DNA of 34,748 bases from Octopus bimaculoides. Its lineage: Eukaryota. The translations under genes and the position numbers were made by a program. The stretch lies in assembly GCF_001194135.2 (NCBI RefSeq), contig NC_068999.1, positions 32,058,297-32,093,044 on the forward strand, given 5' to 3'. Shown here in pieces: positions 10,253 through 20,007 of the stretch (positions within the stretch are counted from its first letter, which is position 1; every line of letters begins with the position of its first letter). Under the pieces are notes generated by a model. The model made no database searches and was not told the DNA's origin. It saw only the letters and a program-made list of their open reading frames with translations.

Positions 10253-11571
10253 ATTTTTTTTTTAAATAATTATAAGAAGTGGGTTAGTGCTTATGAACTT
10301 CCCAGTGACACTGCTGACACTGATGCAGCTGATGTTTAGTGTCTGAAGGCCCAAACATAACAGGGAAGGTTGCAGTATGAATTTAGGGATTAAGTTAGAA
10401 ATCACTGTCTACACAGAAAGATATTTCTAACCTATGTGTGGTCCTGTAATTTCCTATATTTTTAAAACTAAGTGTTGTGTATTCCTGAAGTTCTTTGTAT
10501 CATCATCATTTGTTGTTCGGCCCCAAGTCAAACATGATTGAGCAAACACATGATCAGATGTATTCCAGTAATGTCCATATGTAAAACTGATATCTAATGA
10601 GTCCTTTCCATTTTTAAGACTTTAAGATGTAATTAGAGAGAGATTCAGCTGCTATTTCTAACAGAGCAAGTAGTTTGTCGTGCTCCCCAGCAGATTTATT
10701 TGATTCTCCCTTCTACTCTTTCAGCCTCATCAAGCTTTCATCACATTTGATTTAAGTAACCTGAAATTCTTATGTTATAAAACATCCCACCTAGACTGAA
10801 ATAGGTCCTTGATAATGATACACACCTACTCCTACACACACTAAAATGTACTCCTACTAATCCCCACATTTATACTAACAACCCATTAGTTTGCCTTTCC
10901 ATCTCTACATCTACTTACCATATCCAAAACTTATGTGGTACCTTTCATTCTCTCCCTGTCACAAAGATTAGTCCAGCTAATTCCCAATAAATATTCAACT
11001 TCCTGTTTCTACTAATCTACACAACAGAAACTTTTATTTTACAACTCAATAAACAGCAGAAACCACCATCAATACCAGCAACAGCATAAGTATTCCATAT
11101 GTTTTACAGATGAAAGACATGTCTGTATGTGTTCTTTAGAATAATCTATCCTGGCAGAATATTCTTTTCTTCAGCCATGTTATTTGTGAGTGATGGCAAT
11201 TTTTGTTATATTCCACACCTTTTTAATTATGACTGAATTATGGTGTAAAAAAGCTGATTGTGTAATTGTTGTTGTTATTAATTATGGTTTCTCTTCAGTA
11301 TTCTGTTATATAATAGACATGACAAAATACAAGGGGTACCCAAAAGTAACCAGAAACATTCTCTGTAGGACAAGCCAGTTGTAGTTCAGGCTTCCATTGC
11401 TAGAAGCCGCAGAATTTGTTCCTCCTGGTTAATCAGTCATACCTGTGCCTATAGTTAACTAATTTCCTCAAATACAGTGACCAAAATAGAGAGTGAATTT
11501 GGTAGGTGCAAATTGAAAGAAGGCTGTCATATATTTTTGTGTGTGTGTTAGTTTATTCTTGTCTTGACATA

Positions 11572-11998
11572 TCATCATCATCATCATCCTTTAACGTCTG
11601 TTTTCCATGCTGGCATGGGTTGGACAGTTTGACCAGGGCTGGCAAGCTGGAGAGCTGAACTAGGTTCCAGTCTGATTTGCCTTTGTTTCTACGGCTGGCT
11701 GCCCTTCTTAATGCCAACCACTTTACAGTATGTGCTGGGTGTTCATGCCACCAGTATGAGTACTTTTACATGGCGCCAGCACAAGTGCTTTTTACTTGGC
11801 ACCAGCACAAAGCGCTTGCAGGCCAATCCTCTTCATCAGGAGGAGCATCATCAATACTTCTGCTGTACAGGATGGATCTTCATAGATACAGCAGGATGCC
11901 AGATATTGCAGTCCTTTGTCATCTCCTCCATAATGATCAGTATCCTGAGATCGTCCTCCAGTACTTCATCCCATGTCTTCATAGGTCTCCCTTTCACA
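11572..11998 (-). mobile_element. 5'-truncated RTE LINE (ORF2 C-terminus plus 3' UTR)
   Basis: Minus strand gives RPMKTWDEVLEDDLRILIIMEEMTKDCNIWHPAV, then the family 3' UTR and a (GAT)n tail. Confidence 0.8.
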
Positions 11999-12069
11999 AG
12001 AATTGTAAATGAATGTCACTGGCATACAAACAGTATCATTCATTTCCAATATTCTGTGAAAATATGTTT

Positions 12070-12215
12070 ATCCATGGTAGAATATTACCTTGCTTAGAAA
12101 CAGATCTAGGATGGTAACAGGGAAGGCATTTAGCTGTTGAAAATCTACCTCAACAGACTCCATCCAACCCATACAAGCATGGAAAAACAGATGTTAAAGC
12201 AATGAGGATGATATG
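12070..12215 (+). mobile_element. Family D fragment (RTE-like tail)
   Basis: cagggaaggcatttagctgttgaaaat...ccaacccatacaagcatggaaaaacagatgttaaa. Confidence 0.6.
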
Positions 12216-12865
12216 ATACAGAAGGTAAATGATAAGGAAGAAGAAAGAATAAACAAAAAAGATCAAAGATTACAAGTAAAGAGTACAAAAGTAATTACTC
12301 TATGAAGACGGCGTGTCCTTTAACAAGATAGATGAAAGAAAAACATGGAGAAAGTTGTACAGAAAGAGACACAAAAAAAAACCTAGTATGACATTATGTT
12401 GAAACAGCAGTGGAGTAACAGATTTTAGTGATGTGGTATTGTTTTGCTGATATTCAATAAAGCCTTGCTAAAATGACTGGCCAGCCACCAGCCAGTTACC
12501 CATACATACAATTAGTCACAGAGTCAACTAGCCAACAATGCTGATTACTCATTTCCTAACGTGATGGCAAATAGCATTGATGGTTTGTTGGAGCCAACCA
12601 CATATCGGAGGAAGAAGTTGATTGTTCAATGGAACTTATTGCTCATTATCAGTCAGTCTCAACTATGGTGGTAGCAGATTTAGGGTGTACACACGCACAT
12701 ATATATAGATCCATATTAATATAGCTAATAAATTAGTATGGTTTCTATAATAAAATATCAACAGGGAAGGCCATTACTGCCAACACCAGCTGATCATCTG
12801 CAGTACACTAAACCTTACCAAATTTTCAGTTATTTATGTTTGTCTGGCTGACTAGTAATATAACT

Positions 12866-12866
12866 A

Positions 12867-12922
<56 letters not shown>
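12866..12922. repeat. Compound (CT)n(AT)n microsatellite
   Basis: Direct observation. Confidence 0.95.
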
Positions 12923-12926
<4 letters not shown>

Positions 12927-13764
12927 ATAATTACCCCCACCACCACCACCATCATGTGATCAATTCAACAAAGTGTTGTATCAATTAACATTCTCACAGC
13001 ATCATGGTCTTATGTCTGAAGATGGTGAGGAGTGATATTTCAGGTGTGCTTTCAATGCATTCTTGAGCTTTTATGTTTAACTTTTCCTCTTTGGTTTTGA
13101 TAGCTGACACCTCTCACAGTATTTTTATCACAATTGTTTTAAATGGGGCTGAAGTTAAACTGAAAACTCTGTCTTCAGCAATCACTGAGGCTGTTTTCCA
13201 TTGCATCTTGGTATTCACTGGAGAAACTATAATCCTTGAAGTTAAAGATATTAATTAATTATATATTGGTAGAGTGATTAAACATGTGGCAGTTTAATGT
13301 ATTATATTTTGATTGCAATCTATTCTCAGTTATGTAACTCTGTGATACAACTATGACCTGGTCATAGTTATGATATATGGACACTAATGTTATACTTCCT
13401 TCATATAACTGTGAAACATGATCACTAGTATTATAATTCCACCATATAACTATGATATGTAAAATAGCACAAATGGGAGTAAGAGATAGACAGTTGGACA
13501 AAGGAGAAGTTACAACATGTAGACAAAATTCAAAAGGTGGTGGACAGAATGTGAACACAAGAAAAAATTGACAAAGAAAGTTGTGCATAATGAATTGTAC
13601 ACTAAAAAAAAACAGTAAAAGTAAAATAAGTAGGCTGATGTTTCAAATGAACTCTTTATTAAAATACTTATTTAAAGCATGTGTATGTATATCTTTTGAC
13701 TACATACTGTAGAATGATATATTGTTATAACTATATAGCTATATGATAGATTGTTTCTAACGTA

Positions 13765-13962
13765 GGTATAAAGCCAGTGAATTTAAGGAGATTGGAGCTG
13801 GTTGATTATATTTATTCCAGTACCCAACTGGTACTTTATTTTATTGACATTAACAGGATGAAAGGCAAAGTTGACCTTGGCATGATTTGATCTCATAAAG
13901 TAACAAACCAAAACAGTTACAGCTAAGCATTTATTTTTCTGTCCTAACAATTCTACCACCTA
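13765..13962 (-). mobile_element. SINE family C, diverged copy
   Basis: caactggtactttatttt...ggatgaaaggcaaagttgacc...gctaagcattt. Confidence 0.75.
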
Positions 13963-14245
13963 AACACAATTATGATATTTAGTCACTGATATTACACTGC
14001 CATCATATGACTATAATATATCACTTATACTGTACCTCTGTCATATAGCTGTGATATGTGGTTGTCATTAATAATGTACTTCCATCATATAACTGGGCTC
14101 TGTATTAGTAATATGCCATAGAATATCAATGATTAGTATAGTTGTATATCGGCGGCGGCTTTATCTTGTATCCAAGAATTTAGTTTTTTCTCTGCTGAAC
14201 GCTTCCTTTATGATGATGTCATTGATGACTAAGCAGACCATTTTT

Positions 14246-14688
14246 NNNNNNNNNNNNNNNNNNNNNNNNNNNNNNNNNNNNNNNNNNNNNNNNNNNNNNN
14301 NNNNNNNNNNNNNNNNNNNNNNNNNNNNNNNNNNNNNNNNNNNNNNNNNNNNNNNNNNNNNNNNNNNNNNNNNNNNNNNNNNNNNNNNNNNNNNNNNNNN
14401 NNNNNNNNNNNNNNNNNNNNNNNNNNNNNNNNNNNNNNNNNNNNNNNNNNNNNNNNNNNNNNNNNNNNNNNNNNNNNNNNNNNNNNNNNNNNNNNNNNNN
14501 NNNNNNNNNNNNNNNNNNNNNNNNNNNNNNNNNNNNNNNNNNNNNNNNNNNNNNNNNNNNNNNNNNNNNNNNNNNNNNNNNNNNNNNNNNNNNNNNNNNN
14601 NNNNNNNNNNNNNNNNNNNNNNNNNNNNNNNNNNNNNNNNNNNNNNNNNNNNNNNNNNNNNNNNNNNNNNNNNNNNNNNNNNNNNNNN
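14246..14688. other. Assembly gap (N run)
   Basis: 443 N. Confidence 1.
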
Positions 14689-14721
<33 letters not shown>

Positions 14722-14889
14722 AACATACAATAGGTCTCTTTCAGTTTCTGAACTATCAATTCCACTTGCAAGGCTTTGGTTAGCCTGAAGCTATAGAAGA
14801 CACTTCCCAAGATACCACATTGAGGGACTGAATCCAGAACTATGTGGTTGAGAAGCACACTTCCTACCACACAGCTATGCCTGCACCTA
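14689..14889 (-). mobile_element. SINE family A 5' half, cut by the gap at its internal microsatellite
   Basis: Family A head motifs on the minus strand. Confidence 0.8.
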
Positions 14890-15596
14890 TACATACATAT
14901 ACCCCCACACACACATACATATCTAAATTACCCATTAAGCTATCATTATATGACATATAATGAGGCTTTTGTTGCTATATCGGTTATTAACCATTTGTTG
15001 AGGACATTAAGTGTAAGTTATACTGAATATTATGATAATAGATGTAAAGATTATTTATGATGTGCTTAACACATTCACACCCTTGTTCAGAATGGGATCT
15101 ATAGTCCTGTCCCCAAATCAGGTTAATATCAGTACATACGTGTGTGTGTGTGTGTGTGTGTGCACGCGTGCATGTATGTACACACATATACATGCATATA
15201 TATATATGAATAGAATGCATGAGATCAAATTCTAGCTGAGTATTGGGAAAATAAGAGAATAAAACTCACTTTGTATTTATCTTTCTTTACTGCATTATCC
15301 ATTTTACCATTCTTTACTCAGGATCAAATATATACTATTTTATTACTTGTTTTGCTACCAAGGATGTTTTAGCAAATAGTTTATGTTGGAAATCTTCCCT
15401 AGAGTACATTTAATACAGAGGATAGGAGTATGGAGGCTGTCAGAAAGAGAACAAAAGAGAGTGGAAAAGGAACTGGGGAGAACTGCAAGACGCACAGTAT
15501 TGTGGCCTATTAGAAGTGTGTCTTAAACAGATACAGTGAAGCAGAAGATTTGTAACTAGGTCATTGATGCACAACAAAAGATTTTGATGCATAATA

Positions 15597-16200
15597 ATAG
15601 TATTAGCAGAATCATTAGAGCATTAGAAAAAGTGTCTTTCAGTATTTCTTCCAGTTCTTTACATTCTAAGTTCAAGTCCTACCAAGGTCAACTTTACCTT
15701 TCATCCTTTTGGTGTTAATGAAATAAGTACCAATTGAGCACTGGGGCTGATGTAATCAACTAGCCCCCTCCCTAAATATTTCAGGCCTTGTGCCTATAAC
15801 AGAAAGAATTATTATTATAACAGCAAGCTGGCTGCAGAATTGGTCCCACGTTGGACAAAATACTTAATGGCATTTCTTCCAACGCTTTTCATTTTGAGTT
15901 CAAATTCCATTGAAGCCAACTGTTTTTAATTCTTTCAGGATCAATATAATAAGTACCAGTTGAGCACTAAGGTTGATGTAATCAACTAACCCCTTCTCTC
16001 AAAAATTACTGTCTTTATGCCAAAATTCAGTCCTAAAGGTTGCAAGCAGACTGAATTGTTACCGTGTTGGGCTCTTTATGTTTTGAGTTCAAATTCCACT
16101 AAAGTTGACTTTGCCTTTCATCCTTTCAGGGTCAATAGAATAAGCTCAAATCAAGCACTGGGTGCAATGATATTGACTTACCCCTTTCCCTAAAATTGCT
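15597..16200 (+). mobile_element. Three consecutive diverged SINE family C copies (starting near 15597, 15822 and 16043)
   Basis: Each has a B-box-like gagttcaa(a/g)t(t/c)cc, then ataagtacca (ataagctca in the third) and an actgg-type module. Confidence 0.8.
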
Positions 16201-16555
16201 ATCTATGGGTCAGATTTTCAAACCATTAAGTTTCACTTGGAAAAGAAAATGTGTGTGGAGAGGGAAGTGCGACCTTCCAGTGAATTTGTGAAAAGATGGG
16301 TGACTGTGGCTAAAACATAGTGAATGGTCCAACTCTAAGTATGCACCTGTAGACGAGAGCAGGACAGAGGGCTCATACTTTTGGTTGTCAGGGTAATCCT
16401 GGATGTGGGGTTCCTTGATTGACCCTAGTTGGAGTTTCTCCTTTATCAGGAGGACTGCATCATTCATGTGTTATCACATACTTTGTATGCTATGTATACC
16501 TTTATCACTTTTCACTGTCATCATCGTCATCATCATTATCGTTATTATTAATATT

Positions 16556-16980
16556 AAGGTGGCGAGCTGGTAGAATCGTTAGCATGCCAAGCAAAATGTT
16601 TAGTGGTATTTCATCTGTCTTTACGTTCTGAATTCAAATTCCACCGAGGTCAACTTTGCCTTTCATCCTTTCTAGGGCAACTAAATAAGTACCAGTTACG
16701 CACTGGGGTCAATGTAATTGACTTACCCCTCCCCTAAATTTCAGGCTTTGTGCTTATCATTATTAAGGCAGTGAACTGGCAGAATTCTTGGCATGCCAAA
16801 CAAAATGCTTAGCAGCATTTCATCCATACTCATGTTCTGATTTCAAATTCCACTGAGGTCGACTTTGCTTTTTGTCCTTTCAGGGTTGATAAATTAAGTA
16901 CCAGTGAACCACTGGATTGATGTAGTTGACTAGTCCCTTCCCCCAAAATTTCAGGCCTTGTGCCTTTAGTAGAAAGGATT
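16556..16980 (+). mobile_element. Head-to-tail dimer of SINE family C (16556-16764 and 16765-16980)
   Basis: A-box-like AGCTGGTAGAATCG and B-box-like ttcaaattcc. Central gactttgcctttcatcctttc...ataagtaccag motif. Tail ggc(c/t)ttgtgc(c/t)t. Confidence 0.9.
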
Positions 16981-17138
16981 AATATCATCATCATCAAAAA
17001 AGAAAATGCGTTTTGGTAGATACTTCACAGTTAAGTAGTTTGAAATAGGATGGGTATTCATCTATGACAAACATTTTTTTTTAATGTTTCTACAATGAAA
17101 CAAATAATAAGGTATTGATATAAAACATTTGATAAAAT

Positions 17139-17451
17139 AGATTTTAGAACTAGCATTTTTGCTTGTTACAAAATCAGCGATTGTGTTCACTTGAAATATA
17201 TATATATTGCGTGCAGAAGCGAGCTGCTATCATCTCTAGCAGACAAGGTGTCCAGTACTGAGAAATGGCAGAAATAGCCTGAAACCAGGACTGGTCTACT
17301 GGTCCCATCACTGGGAGATGGTAGGGATTCGCTCCCCTGGTTGCAATTTTATTGGATTCAGTTGTGCATCATTAACCAGCTAGAGGAGATGTCCTCTTGG
17401 GGTTAAGAAATCGCAGTAGAGTCTGCTCGAACAGACAGCCATGTTAAAGTG
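17139..17451 (+). mobile_element. Hammerhead-bearing repeat, unit 1 (Penelope pseudo-LTR or retrozyme-like)
   Basis: 17139-17244 matches 17499-17608, and 17232-17451 matches 19340-19559. Confidence 0.75.
17252..17302 (+). ncRNA. Type I hammerhead ribozyme copy 1, core-mutated (CTGAGAA)
   Basis: CCAGTA-CTGAGAA-ATGGC(AGAAATA)GCCT-GAAA-CCAG(GA)CTGG-TC|TACTGG. The G8 position is A, which should break the C3-G8 pair. Confidence 0.7.
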
Positions 17452-17608
17452 ACTTGAATATTAATTGTTAGTACAACTATTGTGTTGATCTCTTAGAGAG
17501 ATTTTTGAACTAGCATTTTTGCTTGTTGCAAAATCAGCAACTGTGTGTTCGCTTGAAATATATATATATATTGCGTGCAGAAGCAAGCTGCTATCATCTC
17601 TAGCAGAC

Positions 17609-19339
17609 TCTTTTTTGTTGTTTTTTGAAGAACTCTAGCTGAACTTTTTTGTGCAAAGCCACCATTGTTGGATGGTGGTGAATAACTGAGAAAAATGAGA
17701 AGTTATGCAGAAGCTACTGGAGATCGAGTTCCCCTAGACCCACGTGTGCTGAAACAGGAGATGTTACAGTGGAATGGAAAGCTGATAAAGAAATATAGTA
17801 GTATGGTAGAGAAGGAAGGTCAAATATAAAAATGACCCTGCCAAAGTAGGTAAAAGTGAAAATGGAAAAGAAGACAGGCATATTCAGAACATTTTCAAAT
17901 AAAAATAGAATTGAAAACGCGCTGTAGGAAGAAATTGAAGAAATTTTGGAAGAACATATAGGAGACAGCATAAAGTTCTTTACGAGAGGAAAGAGATATG
18001 CATTGATAGTGGTAACCTTTTTATCAGAAGAGGAGGCGGAAAAAACCTCCAACAGGCTGATACAAGGACAAAAATGGACTTTGATGCCAAATTGTTAGAA
18101 TTAGGGTGGGAAGAATCCCACTGTCAATAGATCCAGAGTGGATAATAGCCGTAATTTTTTATTCAGAGATGTGGAAGGAAACAAGCGAAGTGATGGGGCT
18201 ATGGATTAGAGATAATTTGTGCAGTGAGCCCGAAATATTACAACGAAATACCTGAAACTTTAGAGCTGTGAAATGAAGAAAAGCTGGAGATAATGTTGGA
18301 GGGGAGATCCCCAAAGTGTTACGAATGTGTTGAGCAGTGGAAATTGTAGAGGAGAGTATTCAGGAGAATATAATGATGGAGAAACAGATAACAGAACAAG
18401 ACGAGAATTTTGCAGAGATGAAAGCAAGAAAAAGAGAGAGAGGAAAGTCACCAACGATAGTGGAATTGAAGAACTACAAAGCAATGTAAGAGGTGACCCA
18501 ACCTACGACGAGAAACGGGGAAGATTTACCAGTAGGATCATCAGTAAAGGACTTACGAGTACAGAGACATTCAGACCCACAGACACTCAAACACATAGAC
18601 ATGCAAAAGCACACAAGTAATAACGAACAGAAACAAGATAACTCAGAATTATGGAAACCTAAAGACATAGACACACAGAAAAATCACGCAGAATTACAGT
18701 CAAACAAACACACAGACACAATCACAGGAAGGACAAGAATTGCAGAAATACAGAGCCCAAAAAAAAACAGACACACAAGATACAGACAGAAACAGAATTT
18801 TTAAATGAAGTAGGACACCCTAAGAGTTAAAAGAGTTTGAAAATTGAAAGACATTATGAAAGAGTGATCCCACTGGGTCCAGAAGTGGATGTTGAAACTC
18901 GCACTTCGGTGGGGATTTATGTGGAGAAAAGGGAGAAGATGAAGTGGTAAGTCATGATTTATTTTAAGGGCTGTGAAAGACTGAGAAACACATTTGGTTG
19001 AACTTTTTGGCTTAAAAAAAAAAGAAAAGAAAAGAAGTAAATCCTGTAACTATATGAATGAACATTTGTTTAAAAATGTTTTCCTTAAAATTGTAAGGTG
19101 AAAATGAAAAGTCAAGTCGCTGTTTCACCTCAGGGCGGGGCTGGAAATTGTTATTTAAAATGTAAAGTTTTAAAGGAAAAAGGAATTCATGGTTTCATCT
19201 CAGAGCAGGAGCAAGATAGCCGTCTCATTTGCATTGTAATTTAATTCATTTTACATTCATTTTTTCATGTGTTTTCTGTTCCCGCATGTCTATGTATGTC
19301 CCCTCTGTGTTTAGGCCTTGTGCCTGTAATAAAGAATAA
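17609..19339 (+). mobile_element. Non-autonomous ORF1-only (HAL1-like) non-LTR retroelement with 13-bp TSD
   Basis: ATCTCTAGCAGAC at 17596-17608 and 19340-19352, whereas the uninterrupted unit has a single copy at 17232-17244. Ends in AATAAAGAATAA. No RT motifs seen. Confidence 0.7.
17695..18950 (+). pseudogene. Decayed LINE ORF1/Gag-like protein (RRM-like segments, zinc knuckle, K/E/Q/T-rich tail)
   Basis: Pieces MRSYAEAT, FFTRGKRYALIVVTFLSEEEAEK, IRVGRIPLSIDPEWIIA and EIPETLEL*NEEKLEIMLEGRSPKCYEC. After removing 1 nt the knuckle reads C-x2-C-x4-N-x4-Y, two single-base changes from CCHC. Many stops. Confidence 0.6.
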
Positions 19340-19352
19340 ATCTCTAGCAGAC

Positions 19353-19559
19353 GAGGTGTCCAGTACTGAGGAGTGGCAGAAATAGCCTGAAACCAGGGCT
19401 GGTCTACTGGCCCCGTCACTGGGAGATGGTAGGGGTTTGCACCCTTACTCGCAATTTTATCGGATGCAGTTATGCATTATTAACCATCTAGAGGAGATGT
19501 CCTCTTGGGGTTAAAAAATCGCAGTAGAGTCATATCGAATGGACAGCCATGTTAAAGTG
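19353..19559 (+). mobile_element. Hammerhead-bearing repeat, 3' part of unit 2 (5' part at 17499-17608)
   Basis: Direct repeat of 17245-17451. Confidence 0.75.
19360..19410 (+). ncRNA. Minimal type I hammerhead ribozyme copy 2, intact core, predicted cleavage after C19404 (GUC)
   Basis: Stem I CCAGTA/TACTGG (6 bp). Core CTGAGGA. Stem II G.T plus a bulged T, then GGC/GCC with loop AGAAATA. GAAA. Stem III ACCAG/CTGGT with a 2-nt loop. Confidence 0.8.
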
Positions 19560-19802
19560 GCTACAAATATATTATTTGTCAGTTGAAAAAATAGCATTAT
19601 ACTTGTAATAGTTTAGATATTGTTTGGATATGATTCACAATAATAGTAATAAATTAAGCCATAAGAGGATTACAATAGTCTCTTAATTACTTGGTTTAAT
19701 TGTTATGTTGATGATCTTACTTGGTCTAATATTTTGGGTGGTCAACCATTGTTTACCTGTTTACACCCTGGTTAAGTCTAGTTATATCCTAATCTCTCAC
19801 AT

Positions 19803-20007
19803 ATCATTATCATCATTATCATCATCACTATTTAACATTTGTTTCCTATGTTGGCATGGGTTTAACAGGATCTAGTAACCCACATTGCTGTGTTGAGTTC
19901 CAGTGTTGGCTTTGGCATGGCTTCTATGGCTGAATGCCCTTCCTAATGCCAACCACTTTACAGTGTGTACTGAGTGCTTTTTTCATGCCACTAGCACTAG
20001 TGAGGTC
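19803..20007 (-). mobile_element. RTE 3'-UTR fragment
   Basis: ggctgaatgcccttcctaatgccaaccacttta with a CAT-repeat tail. Confidence 0.75.

Noticed and set aside
14129-14912. Long ORFs of 167-227 aa in the track (likewise 31106-32133 and 32777-33574)
   Set aside because: They are open only because N gaps translate as X. Only the RTE part of 31200-32246 is real.
16210-16467. 85-aa minus-strand ORF in unique sequence between SINEs
   Set aside because: No recognisable motif and no convincing splice signals.
15597-16980. Regularly recurring similar blocks suggestive of a CRISPR-like array
   Set aside because: Units are about 210-bp diverged SINEs without unique spacers, in eukaryotic DNA.
19120-19212. 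Twin motifs reading CTGAG(G/A)TGAAAC on the minus strand, about 70 bp apart, in the insert's 3' UTR
   Set aside because: They resemble hammerhead boxes but have no stem II or supporting stems. Treated as a short internal duplication.
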